64,000 nt of DNA from positions 320,001-384,000 of the forward strand of contig CAVSTP010000003.1 in the NCBI GenBank assembly GCA_963730935.1, given 5' to 3'. Shown here one piece after another: positions 1 to 9,197 of this stretch; position 1 is the first letter of the stretch; each line of letters opens with the position of its first letter. The translations under genes and the position numbers were made by a program. Under the pieces are notes generated by a model. The model searched no databases. It saw nothing but the letters and a program-made list of their open reading frames with translations, and had not been told where the DNA came from. This DNA comes from an uncultured Nitrospiraceae bacterium. Its GTDB lineage: Bacteria; Nitrospirota; Nitrospiria; Nitrospirales; Nitrospiraceae.

Positions 1-131
1 CCGTATCGATATGGATCGCGATCTCCACACCCGCACGTTGCAATAACTGAGCGGCTTCCTCTCCCGTCCCCACAGTCTCGAGCTCCAACAACGTTGACAG
101 TCGGGATGGGAGTCCCCATGATACGCGGGCC

Positions 132-848
132 ATGGCACATGAGATGCCCGCAGTCCGGCCGGCCGGCGGGATGCAGATCGGGAAGCTCGCGATTGGCGCA
201 GTCATCGCCTGCGCGATCGTCCTGTTTTTCTTCTTGGATCTGGGACGCTTTCTATCCCTGGAGACCCTCAAGGCCAATCGCGATCACCTCCTGGCGTTTA
301 CGGAAGCCAACTACACGACGGCCGTCGTCCTCTTCATCTTGTTGTACGTTGCCGTGGCCGGCTTGTCGCTGCCTGGCGCCACCATCCTGACGCTGGCTGG
401 AGGATTTGTCTTCGGCGCAGTCCCAGCCACGCTCTACGTCAATATTGGCGCGACGACCGGCGCCACGCTCGCATTCTTGGCGGCACGCTATGTGCTGAGA
501 GACTCGGTCGAACAAAAATTCGGGAGGTGGTTGGAGCCGCTGCAGCAGGGGTTCGCAAGGAATGCCTTCAGCTACCTCTTGACCCTCCGGTTGATTCCGC
601 TGTTCCCTTTCTTTGTGGTGAATCTGGTCTCCGGTCTCACCCGCGTGAGCGTCGGTACGTATGTGGCGGCGACTGCCCTCGGCATTATTCCGGGCTCGTT
701 CGTCTATGCCTATGCAGGCCGCCAGCTAGGCACAATCAATTCACTCAAAGAAATTGCCTCGCCTCAAGTCCTCGGCGCCTTCGTCTTGCTGGGAGCGTTC
801 GCCCTCGCGCCGCTCCTCTACAAGAAGCTAAGCGCAAGATCCACATGA
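132..848 (+). CDS. TVP38/TMEM64 (VTT/DedA-like) membrane protein
   Basis: 238 aa hydrophobic ORF with LSLPGATILTLAGGFVFG and LRLIPLFPFFVVN motifs. Confidence 0.9.
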   Translation: MAHEMPAVRPAGGMQIGKLAIGAVIACAIVLFFFLDLGRFLSLETLKANRDHLLAFTEANYTTAVVLFILLYVAVAGLSLPGATILTLAGGFVFGAVPATLYVNIGATTGATLAFLAARYVLRDSVEQKFGRWLEPLQQGFARNAFSYLLTLRLIPLFPFFVVNLVSGLTRVSVGTYVAATALGIIPGSFVYAYAGRQLGTINSLKEIASPQVLGAFVLLGAFALAPLLYKKLSARST

Positions 849-878
849 GCACGTCCGTGAGAAGAATCTGGAGCCGTC

Positions 879-2429
879 ATGTTTGAAGCATTCGGGCTCT
901 TGCCAGATGATGAACACGACCGGAGACTGGCTGAAAATGTTCATCCAACGGACTGGGTCAACCCCCACCCGGACGGGCGCTATAACATCGTCGTGTTGGG
1001 CGCCGGGACCGCCGGACTAATCACGGCCGTCATTAGTGCAAGCCTTGGCGCCAAAGTGGCGCTGGTCGAAAAGCATCTGATGGGCGGGGATTGCTTGAAC
1101 GTGGGCTGCGTGCCGTCGAAGGGCATCATCCGCGCGGCACGTGCTTGGGCGGATCTCCGACGTGCGGCGGAGTTCGGGATTGGAGTCCCTCCCGGCGTCA
1201 CCTACGATTTCAGCGCGGTCATGTCCCGTATGCGAAGATTGCGGGCACGTATCAGTTCCAACGATTCCGCGCACCGTTATGCCAACCTGGGCGTGGATGT
1301 GTTCCTGGGGCACGGGCGGTTCACCAATAGGGAGACGATCCACGTCGAAGGCACGGCGGGTAACCGGACGCTCACATTTGCCAGGGCCGCGATTTGCACG
1401 GGCGCACGGGCCTCCGTGCCTTCCGTCCTGGGCTTGAAAGAGGCGGGCTACCTGACCAACGAAACAGTGTTCTCATTGACCTCGTTACCTCGGCGGTTAG
1501 CGGTCATTGGCGCTGGCCCTATCGGCTGTGAAATGGCGCAGGCCTTTGCACGGTTCGGCAGTCACGTGTCCTTGATCGAGGCGTTGCACGGCATTCTGCC
1601 CAATGAAGACCGTGACGCCGCTCAGGTAGTGCAGCAACAGATCGAGAAGGACGGCGTCGCACTGCTGTGCTGTGGACAGGACCTGCGGGTCGTCAAAACG
1701 GCCGATGGCAAACGGCTGACAGGCGCTTCACATGGCGTGCCGTACGACGTCATCGTCGATGAAATCCTTGCCGGAGTCGGTCGGACGCCGAATGTAGAAG
1801 GGTTGGGACTGGAACAGGCCGGCGTGGAATTCAATGCCGGGGGCGTGAAGGTGAACGGTCGGTTGCAAACGAGCAATCCCAGGATTTTCGCCGCTGGCGA
1901 TATCTGCTCCCGGTTCAAGTTTACCCATGCTGCCGACGCAATGGCGCAGATCGTGGTACAGAACGCCCTGTTCCCTCATCCGTTCGGGCTGGGCTATGCA
2001 AACGCGGACTCGCTGGTCATTCCCTGGTGCACCTATACGGAGCCGGAAATTGCGCATATCGGCATGTACGAAAAAGATGCCAACGCCAAGGGCATCGAGG
2101 TGGAAACCTACACGTTCAACCTGGACGAGGTCGACCGGGCGATCCTTGACGGCGAGGAAAATGGATTCGCACGGATACATCTCCGCAAGGGGACGGACAG
2201 AATCCTGGGGGCGACGATCGTGGCTGCTCACGCCGGCGATTTGATCAACGAGTTTTCCGTGGTGATGAAAGCCGGTAAGGGGGCCAGGACCATTGCCGGG
2301 ACGATTCATCCTTATCCGACCCAGGCCGAGGTCAACAAGAAAGTTGTCAACCTGTGGAGAAAAGCGCATTTCAGTCCGGCCAGGAAGAACAAGCTCGTTC
2401 GCCTCTTCGCCTGGATGCGCAGGGGATAG
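879..2429 (+). CDS. Pyridine nucleotide-disulfide oxidoreductase, mercuric-reductase-like (lacks the MerA C-terminal Cys pair)
   Basis: GAGTAG FAD motif, GGDCLNVGCVPSK redox disulfide, GAGPIG NAD(P) motif, HPYPT near the C-terminus. Confidence 0.85.
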   Translation: MFEAFGLLPDDEHDRRLAENVHPTDWVNPHPDGRYNIVVLGAGTAGLITAVISASLGAKVALVEKHLMGGDCLNVGCVPSKGIIRAARAWADLRRAAEFGIGVPPGVTYDFSAVMSRMRRLRARISSNDSAHRYANLGVDVFLGHGRFTNRETIHVEGTAGNRTLTFARAAICTGARASVPSVLGLKEAGYLTNETVFSLTSLPRRLAVIGAGPIGCEMAQAFARFGSHVSLIEALHGILPNEDRDAAQVVQQQIEKDGVALLCCGQDLRVVKTADGKRLTGASHGVPYDVIVDEILAGVGRTPNVEGLGLEQAGVEFNAGGVKVNGRLQTSNPRIFAAGDICSRFKFTHAADAMAQIVVQNALFPHPFGLGYANADSLVIPWCTYTEPEIAHIGMYEKDANAKGIEVETYTFNLDEVDRAILDGEENGFARIHLRKGTDRILGATIVAAHAGDLINEFSVVMKAGKGARTIAGTIHPYPTQAEVNKKVVNLWRKAHFSPARKNKLVRLFAWMRRG

Positions 2430-2441
2430 GACACGGATGCT

Positions 2442-3203
2442 GTGAGCGGCCTGCGTTGGACCCTCGGATGGCTCGCCTTTGGATTCCTCGTCTTGGGATT
2501 GTTCCTCGCGGTCTCAGCTTCGACGGAGGATTCTTCCATCGTTCTGGAAGTCGGAAGATTTTCCGGCAGCCGCCCCGGATCCGCTCTGCCCGATGGGTGG
2601 AAACCACTGACCTTCAAGAAAGTCGCCAAATCCACTGTCTATGAGTTGGTCACGGATGGCTCTGCCGTCGTGGTCAAAGCCACAAGCGATGCGGGTGCGT
2701 CCGGTCTGACGAAAGAGGTCAAAATCGATCCGTCGATCTTTCCCGTCGTCCACTGGCGGTGGAAGGTCGAGAATCTGCTGACCCGCAGCGACGTGACGCG
2801 TAAGAGCGGCGACGACTATCCTGCCAGACTATACATCACGTTCGAATACGATCCGGAGAAGGTCAGTCTCGGCAGGAAGCTGAAGTACCAAGCCGGGCGA
2901 GCGCTGTTCGGCGATATTCCGATTGCCGCCCTCAACTACATCTGGGATGCCAAGACACCCGTTGGAACGGTCGTCGACAATGCCTACACCGATTTCGCGA
3001 AGATGATTGTGGTTGAAACCGGTGCGACCAAGGTCGGCATGTGGGTCGAGGAGTCGCGGAACGTCTATCGGGATTACAAGGAAGCGTTCGGCGAGGATCC
3101 GCCCATGATCAACGGTATTGCGATCATGACGGACACCGACAACACGAAAGAACGAGCGATCGCCTATTACGGAGACATCCGGTTTGCGCGGGAGGGGCGA
3201 TGA
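2442..3203 (+). CDS. DUF3047 family exported protein
   Basis: N-terminal signal/TM segment; WRWKV, DDYPARLY, LNYIW and IAIMTDTDNT motifs. Confidence 0.8.
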   Translation: MSGLRWTLGWLAFGFLVLGLFLAVSASTEDSSIVLEVGRFSGSRPGSALPDGWKPLTFKKVAKSTVYELVTDGSAVVVKATSDAGASGLTKEVKIDPSIFPVVHWRWKVENLLTRSDVTRKSGDDYPARLYITFEYDPEKVSLGRKLKYQAGRALFGDIPIAALNYIWDAKTPVGTVVDNAYTDFAKMIVVETGATKVGMWVEESRNVYRDYKEAFGEDPPMINGIAIMTDTDNTKERAIAYYGDIRFAREGR

Positions 3204-3226
3204 TCAAGAAGGGGAGCTCAAAAGCG

Positions 3227-3292
3227 GAAGAGGCCGGCCTCTTCGTGGCCGGCCTCTTCGTGGACACCACCGCGCCCAGAGTGGGTGCGCGG
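3227..3292. terminator. Palindrome, 15-bp tandem duplication and GC hairpin between convergent genes
   Basis: GAAGAGGCCGGCCTCTTC palindrome 3227-3244; GGCCGGCCTCTTCGT twice at 3232-3261; CCGCGCCCA..TGGGTGCGCGG hairpin; no U-tract. Confidence 0.4.
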
Positions 3293-3303
3293 ATTCAAGG
3301 GGG

Positions 3304-3693
3304 TTACTGAATCGAATTCGCGAAGCCGCCCCGCGTAATTTCGGCGCGAACGGTGTCTCCAACCTTCTTCTGCTTGATGTACTTGGTCCCCTGTCCGACG
3401 TAGAGCTTCACCTGATTGCCCTCGAAGTCTTCGACGGTATAGGCGTTCTCCTTGATTTCTTTCACCGTGCCTCCCACGGTCCTCCAGGCCGGACCCGGCT
3501 TTTCATCGTGATGGCCTGGCTTGGGAGCTGCCTGTACCACCGGCACATGCCCCATCGAGGCGGCTGCTGCAGCGGCAGATTTGTGTGAGGACGTTTTCTT
3601 CGATTCCTTCGCCATGGTTGGCGCGGCGACAATGGCCGCCACAGCGATCATTGCGACGATCGTGATCATGTTGTTCTGCAGACTGTTCTTCAT
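3304..3693 (-). CDS. Small exported hypothetical protein (possible OB-fold-like C-terminus)
   Basis: AAGGAGG RBS before ATG 3693; signal peptide; beta-rich C-terminus TVGGTVKEI..GDTVRAE. Confidence 0.75.
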   Translation of the reverse strand: MKNSLQNNMITIVAMIAVAAIVAAPTMAKESKKTSSHKSAAAAAASMGHVPVVQAAPKPGHHDEKPGPAWRTVGGTVKEIKENAYTVEDFEGNQVKLYVGQGTKYIKQKKVGDTVRAEITRGGFANSIQ

Positions 3694-3743
3694 GGCACCC
3701 TCCTTAAGACGACATGGCTTCAAATCCGCTCCCTGACGGTTCA

Positions 3744-3758
3744 GCAAGGCATGTGCCG
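3744..3758 (-). promoter_or_regulatory. Putative sigma-54 (-24/-12) promoter
   Basis: Minus strand CGGCACATGCCTTGC fits TGGCACG-N4-TTGC spacing; IHF-like ATTCAGTGGGTTG at about 3785-3797. Confidence 0.6.
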
Positions 3759-3901
3759 GATGGCCTAGCGGTCTCACTTAGGAAATTCAGTGGGTTGTAA
3801 GCCTCATCCCTGCCTATGACGCGTCATCCGGGTATCAATGGAAAAAAAACGGCAGAAACCTGTCCAAATATGACCGTCTTTACCCATGTGAGGGAGAGTG
3901 A

Positions 3902-3916
3902 TGGCATGCAGATCGC
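3902..3916 (+). promoter_or_regulatory. Possible sigma-54 promoter
   Basis: TGGCATGCAGATCGC: GG-N10-GC spacing correct, -12 imperfect. Confidence 0.4.
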
Positions 3917-4000
3917 CGATCTGAAGTTTGCTGGACGAAGTGTGCGAAGCTTGATAAGAGGGAACTGAGTCGCGGTTTCCATTACGAACAGGAGGGAGAC

Positions 4001-4324
4001 ATGACACGGACTGTTGTTGTTATCGGCGGTGTGCTACTGGCGGCCGGAATGGCCTATGGACAAGCGGAGACGCCCGGGATCGATCAACGGCAGGCGAACC
4101 AAGAACAGCGCATCGATCAGGGTATTGCAAGCGGCCAACTCACCCAACGGGAAGCGGGTCGGCTGGAGCAGCAGCAGAAGCATATCAACACGATGGAGGA
4201 TAAAGCCAAGTCCGATGGAGTCGTGACGAAAAAGGAACGGGCCCGCCTCCACGCCGCCCAAGACAAGGCTTCAAAGAAGATCTACCGCCAGAAACACGAC
4301 CGTCAGAAAAGCCGGCATCAATAG
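4001..4324 (+). CDS. Small exported helical hypothetical protein
   Basis: GGAGGGAG RBS; signal peptide; two G.LT..E..RL-type internal repeats. Confidence 0.8.
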   Translation: MTRTVVVIGGVLLAAGMAYGQAETPGIDQRQANQEQRIDQGIASGQLTQREAGRLEQQQKHINTMEDKAKSDGVVTKKERARLHAAQDKASKKIYRQKHDRQKSRHQ

Positions 4325-4346
4325 TTCGCGCTGTTCACATGACGTG

Positions 4347-4390
4347 ACGAGGGGGTTCGGTATTCGCCGGACTCCCTCGTGTCGTTTCTG
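4347..4390 (+). terminator. Probable intrinsic terminator
   Basis: ACGAGGGGGTTCGG / CCGGACTCCCTCGT hairpin followed by a T-rich stretch. Confidence 0.5.
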
Positions 4391-4452
4391 TGCCTTTTCG
4401 GGTCCGCACAGAGACGTTTCGAGAGCCTAGAGAAAGTACTACAATGCGCGAA

Positions 4453-5769
4453 ATGGCGCCCCACCAGTCCCGACGACAGTTGCTACGACGATTGCCGCAA
4501 AGGATCGTCCGATTGTTGCGCGAGCTTGGACGGTTGGCTGACGAGAAAGGGATTGGGCTGTATCTCGTCGGCGGAGTCGTAAGAGATCTTCTACTCAAGC
4601 GCAGCAATTGGGATGTGGACCTGACCGTCGAAGGCAACGGCATCTCGTTCGCCCGTCTGGTGACGAATCGGTATGGGGCCGGCCTGGCGCTGTTCGAACG
4701 CTTTGCGACCGCTCGCTTGGTCTTTCCCGATGGCCTTAAAGTCGACATCGCGAGCACACGACGTGAGAGTTATGCCGATCCCGCGGCGCTTCCCGAAGTC
4801 GTGACCGCTTCGCTCGAGGAAGATTTGTTTCGGCGTGATTTCACGATCAATGCGATGGCGATCCAGCTGAACCTGGCCCACTGGGGAGAACTGCACGACC
4901 CGTTTGGGGGACAACAGGATCTGAAAAACAAGACGCTGCGCGTTCTGCACGACCGGAGCTTCGTCGATGATCCGACCAGAATCTTTCGCGCAATTCGCTT
5001 CTCGGAACGATTCGGCTTTCGGATTGAACCGAATACCGGGCGCTTGCTTGCGCGCGCCTCGAGCCTGAACCTCGTGGCCCGGCTCTCAGGGCCGCGGCTT
5101 GCCAATGAAATTTTTGCGCTTATGAACGAGGACCACCCGGACGCCGCGATTCGACGTCTTCGCCGGCTCCGCTTGCTCCGGTTCCTCCACCCACGTCTCT
5201 CGCCGGGAAAACATACCGAACGGCTCCTGGCCGTGCTCCCGCAAACCATCGGCGCTTGGAAGCGACGCTGTCCTGAGTTCTTTCTCAATCGCCCGCTGTT
5301 ATGGGTCATGGCGCTGCTCGCGCATGCCTCTGCTTCTGTGATCGCCGGTACGATCCAGCGACTCCAGCTGACCACCACGGAATCTAGAGCACTGGGATGG
5401 GCAGGTGAGAAGACCGGCCGTGTGGCCAAGACACTCTCAGCCGATGCGTTGCGGCGGCCCTCCCAGATCTATCGCCTGCTTTCGAGGCTGCCGAATGAAG
5501 CGTTGGCTCTGGTGCTGGCCAAGGGCCTTGTGAGCAGCAAGGCGGCTGGAATCGTGCGGCTGAAACGACGATTAACGAGATTTCTCGAGCGCGATCGCCT
5601 TACGACCACGACGATCAACGGAAACACACTCAAAGAGTTTGGTCTTCGCCCGGGCCCTCATTTCAAAAAAATTTTGGACAGGCTGCTGGATGAGCGGTTG
5701 GATGGCAGGATTACGGCTGCCGCTCAGGAACGAGACCGTGCTCGCATTTTGGCAAAGCAGTACAGTTAG
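4453..5769 (+). CDS. tRNA nucleotidyltransferase (class II, CCA/A-adding type)
   Basis: LVGGVVRDLLL, DVD, RRDFTINAMA, SFVDDPTRIFRAIRF; start placed at ATG 7 nt after TACAAT (4440-4445). Confidence 0.88.
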   Translation: MAPHQSRRQLLRRLPQRIVRLLRELGRLADEKGIGLYLVGGVVRDLLLKRSNWDVDLTVEGNGISFARLVTNRYGAGLALFERFATARLVFPDGLKVDIASTRRESYADPAALPEVVTASLEEDLFRRDFTINAMAIQLNLAHWGELHDPFGGQQDLKNKTLRVLHDRSFVDDPTRIFRAIRFSERFGFRIEPNTGRLLARASSLNLVARLSGPRLANEIFALMNEDHPDAAIRRLRRLRLLRFLHPRLSPGKHTERLLAVLPQTIGAWKRRCPEFFLNRPLLWVMALLAHASASVIAGTIQRLQLTTTESRALGWAGEKTGRVAKTLSADALRRPSQIYRLLSRLPNEALALVLAKGLVSSKAAGIVRLKRRLTRFLERDRLTTTTINGNTLKEFGLRPGPHFKKILDRLLDERLDGRITAAAQERDRARILAKQYS

Positions 5770-6368
5770 AGGCGGTATCTCCGCAGCCGCTGATCGTTTT
5801 CAATCTTTCCGAACAGGTCGTTCAGCGCCGCTTGTACAGCGAAATTAATTGGACCTCGGTCCTCTTGTCCCGTGGCTTTGCCGAAGCCGATATATTTCGA
5901 AAGAGCGCGCTTGCCTGACGCTTCCAGCAACGTGGCGTCGATGCGGGCCACATAGACATGATCGAAGTCGGAATCGACGCTCGGGTCAATATAGATATTG
6001 AGCCGCATGGAGAGATCAAGATCGGTTTGACTGTCGGTCGACAGGTAGGTAAACGTTTTGCGTGCCGCGAGATAGTCTGCGATCGACCGTTCCCAATCCT
6101 TTTTTGCCTTGCCGAGGGGTTGAGCGACTCCTGTCACCCTGTTTTCGATGCGTGGATCCGCAACCATCGTGGCACCCGGCTCAACCTGATACGCTTCGAT
6201 TTCCGTCAGCCTGACCGTGGCGGAATAAGGAAGAGGCGATGCAGTTGGAACCACCGCACCCGGTTGATAGACCAGTTGTGGGGAACAGGAGAGAGTGAGT
6301 AGCAGCGATGTGAACACCGGTAACAGGAGGGGCCCGCTCGGGCGAAGACGCGCTGGAGTAGACATCAT
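5766..6368 (-). CDS. Hypothetical lipoprotein
   Basis: GAGGGAG RBS; hydrophobic signal ending LTLSC. Confidence 0.7.
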   Translation of the reverse strand: MMSTPARLRPSGPLLLPVFTSLLLTLSCSPQLVYQPGAVVPTASPLPYSATVRLTEIEAYQVEPGATMVADPRIENRVTGVAQPLGKAKKDWERSIADYLAARKTFTYLSTDSQTDLDLSMRLNIYIDPSVDSDFDHVYVARIDATLLEASGKRALSKYIGFGKATGQEDRGPINFAVQAALNDLFGKIENDQRLRRYRL

Positions 6369-6473
6369 CTCGGCTCCCTCCACGAGAAGCATCACCCTAC
6401 AACCCGGGATGCGTCGTTGCAAGGGGTGGGCATCTCGCGGTCTGCTTGCGGTAGCCCTGAACGGAGGCCCCGA

Positions 6474-7118
6474 CTAGTTCATCGGGATAGTCGTGGTGGC
6501 CACCTCAGTGGGAAGCAGCAACGTCACCATCGCCTGATTCTGCTCGTCCGGTTGCACCAAGGCAAACAGCGGAACCGGCTGAGGGACTGCGCCGTGGGGA
6601 AACGCCAATAGCGCTGGAAAATCGATCAAAGGCGCCGTGGTCGGTTGCGCCGTCAGGCGAAGCCTGAACGCCATCAGCACGTCTCGCAATCTGGCAGACC
6701 GTTCGTCCTCTGTCAGCGTCTTGCCCGGAGCAATACCGGTGTCCCATAGGGGCTTCGTCACTGTGACAGAAAACGACAAGCCGAGTTGTTTGGCTGTCGG
6801 TGTGACATCAATTAACGCACCAGTTTCGATTGCCTGCTGAAAAGGAATTGGCGCCGGCGTGGTGTGGTTAGGTGACTGCTCTGATTCTTCTACGGGCTCT
6901 CTCCGGACGGACATCGGTGCCAACTGCTCTTCTGGCATTTCCTGACCTACAATGCCCAGATCTGATGTTTTCGGAGTTGGCAGGGACTTCAGGATTCCCT
7001 CATAGACCGCTCTGGCTCGAGCGGACCATCGGGGATTCAAGGGACGGCCGGCAAAGGCGGCCTCGGCGGCGTGGCGTTCGTCATGGGAAAGGGCACGAGG
7101 ATTCTCGTTGTTGTCCAT
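6474..7118 (-). CDS. Hypothetical protein with DUF6573-like C-terminal domain
   Basis: QQAIETGALIDVT, RLRDVL and VTLLLPTE motifs; TTGACT-16-TATGTT lies just upstream of ATG 7118. Confidence 0.65.
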   Translation of the reverse strand: MDNNENPRALSHDERHAAEAAFAGRPLNPRWSARARAVYEGILKSLPTPKTSDLGIVGQEMPEEQLAPMSVRREPVEESEQSPNHTTPAPIPFQQAIETGALIDVTPTAKQLGLSFSVTVTKPLWDTGIAPGKTLTEDERSARLRDVLMAFRLRLTAQPTTAPLIDFPALLAFPHGAVPQPVPLFALVQPDEQNQAMVTLLLPTEVATTTIPMN

Positions 7119-7167
7119 ACATAGGAACATAAGTCGCCTAGGATGAAAGTCAAGGATCCGCCGGTCG

Positions 7168-8466
7168 CTAGTCCCTGAGCGGCTGGCCCTTTGTTTCCGG
7201 AGCAAACCACAGGACGCCGAGGCCGACAAGGTACACCAATGCTACGGTACTGGCGGCACGGCCGAAGGTGCCGAGCGCGGTCACCAGCCAGCCGGTCAAG
7301 AACGGCGAGGCGGAAGCCAAAATTCTTCCGGCATTGAAGCAGAAGCCAGCGCCGGTGGCACGGAGCCTCGTCGGATAGAGCTCAGGCAGATATATCGGGA
7401 AACCGCTGAAAATGCCGTTGTTGAAGAAGCCGAGGACCGGCAACAGCATCAGCACACCGGCATAATGCGATGGAAGCAGGTACGTCGTAGGCAGCATGAC
7501 CAAGCTACCGACGCACATGAAGGCAAAGACGGGCCGTCGTCCAAAGCGGTCGGCGAGGGGACCGAAGCTGAGATACCCGAAAATCGCTCCGGCGTTCAAG
7601 GCCATGATCGCATAGCTCACGGCCTTAGTGAGGGTGGCCGGCTCAGCTCCGCGGAACTCTGGTAATTCATGCACCAGGGTCGGCGCCCAGTTGGTCGAAC
7701 CCCAAAGACCGAATACCGCAACGAAGGCCAGCGTCGATCCAGCCAGCGTGGCCCGTTTCAAATCCCCTTCAAAGATCGCCGACAAGGGGATTACCCGTTG
7801 CGCGTGTGCGTGGGTCCAACGGTCCGGTTCCTTCACCCACCAGCGGACGAGTAGCGCCAAGAACGCGGGCAGGATGCCGATGAGAAACAGCCCGCGCCAC
7901 CCGTACGCATCCTTAAACGCGAGATTGCAGCCGGCCGCCAGAAAAAATCCCACGGCCCAGGCGCTCTGTAAAATTCCGGCCGCCTTGGCGCGCGTCTCTT
8001 CCGGCCACGTCTCAGCCACAATCGCCGCGCCCGCCGCCCATTCTCCGCCGATGCCGAGTGCGGTGAGAAAGCGATAGGCCGCGAGTTGCCACCACTCCTC
8101 TGATAACGCCGCGGCTCCGGTGAATCCCGCGTAGATGATGATGGTCGCCATCAGCACCTTCGTCCGGCCAAAGCGGTCGGCGGCAATGCCGAACGCGATG
8201 CCGCCGATGGCCCAGCCGATCAGAAATATTGAAAAGATAATGCCGCCGTACCAACCGATGCGCTCAGCTGCGTGCGGATCGCCCGAGGTGTGCAGCAGAT
8301 CGTGAAGAGCCGGATGCAGCACGATGGCATAAATCGTGGCGTCCATCGCATCGAAGACCCATCCAAGCCATGCGACGAACAACACCAGCCATTGATAACG
8401 GGTCACTCCGTCAAACCACCATCGATTGCGCGGTGATGAGGGTTGTTCAGTAGGGACAGGACACAT
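7168..8466 (-). CDS. MFS transporter
   Basis: About 12 TM; motif A twice (ADRFGRT, ADRFGRR); GIGGEW; ELYPTRLRATG. Confidence 0.93.
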   Translation of the reverse strand: MCPVPTEQPSSPRNRWWFDGVTRYQWLVLFVAWLGWVFDAMDATIYAIVLHPALHDLLHTSGDPHAAERIGWYGGIIFSIFLIGWAIGGIAFGIAADRFGRTKVLMATIIIYAGFTGAAALSEEWWQLAAYRFLTALGIGGEWAAGAAIVAETWPEETRAKAAGILQSAWAVGFFLAAGCNLAFKDAYGWRGLFLIGILPAFLALLVRWWVKEPDRWTHAHAQRVIPLSAIFEGDLKRATLAGSTLAFVAVFGLWGSTNWAPTLVHELPEFRGAEPATLTKAVSYAIMALNAGAIFGYLSFGPLADRFGRRPVFAFMCVGSLVMLPTTYLLPSHYAGVLMLLPVLGFFNNGIFSGFPIYLPELYPTRLRATGAGFCFNAGRILASASPFLTGWLVTALGTFGRAASTVALVYLVGLGVLWFAPETKGQPLRD

Positions 8467-8541
8467 CGCGCGCCAGGCTACGGGGGTTCAGAGCGGGAGT
8501 CAAGATGAAGCCGCGAGAATTGCCATGATATAGTCGCGGCC

Positions 8542-9180
8542 ATGCCTCGCGTGGATTTTTACCGCATCCTGGGCGTCTCTCGTGAGGCGTCGGACGACGT
8601 CATCAAGAAGGCCTACCGGAAGTTGGTCTTCGAACATCATCCCGACCGCAATCCCGACAGTACAGAGGCGGAAGAGAAGATACGTGAAATCAATGCCGCC
8701 TATGAGGTCATCGGCGACGCGGAAGCGCGACGCAATTACGATCGGCTCAACTGGGGCGACGAGTTCGCACCCGATGTTGTCGATGTCGCCGTGCTGCTCG
8801 AGGAGATGGAGAAAAAGCTCTTCGACGAAGGGCGCAAGGAACTGTTTGCCCTTCTCATGAAGGATGTGCCTAGGATCAAGGCCGAGTTGGCGTTGATCCG
8901 GGAGCGGGTGGTCAAAGATCAAGGATACGATTCATTTAAGGAAACAGTAGTCCACGCCCGTGCGGCGGAGATCATGCTCGAGCTGGCGACCGAGGAGATG
9001 GAAGGCCGCAGGAAGCGGTTGATCGAAGTGGCGACGCAGATGATGGTGTCGCAAGGTGTCGTCGGCAGAAACGATGAAGGTGGGATCCGCTCGCTACGCG
9101 CTCGGCTCGACGAGCACTTTAAGAAAGGCCGACTGCACGGGTTCGCGTCGGCATTGGAGCTGTTATATGAACGACGGTAA
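8542..9180 (+). CDS. J-domain (DnaJ-class) protein
   Basis: [26 protein letters not shown] followed by an unrelated helical region. Confidence 0.9.
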   Translation: MPRVDFYRILGVSREASDDVIKKAYRKLVFEHHPDRNPDSTEAEEKIREINAAYEVIGDAEARRNYDRLNWGDEFAPDVVDVAVLLEEMEKKLFDEGRKELFALLMKDVPRIKAELALIRERVVKDQGYDSFKETVVHARAAEIMLELATEEMEGRRKRLIEVATQMMVSQGVVGRNDEGGIRSLRARLDEHFKKGRLHGFASALELLYERR

Positions 9181-9197
9181 GACGTTGGTCAGCGATC

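Noticed and set aside
879..2429. merA / mercury resistance operon
   Set aside because: No C-terminal Cys-Cys, no NmerA domain, no merR/T/P nearby
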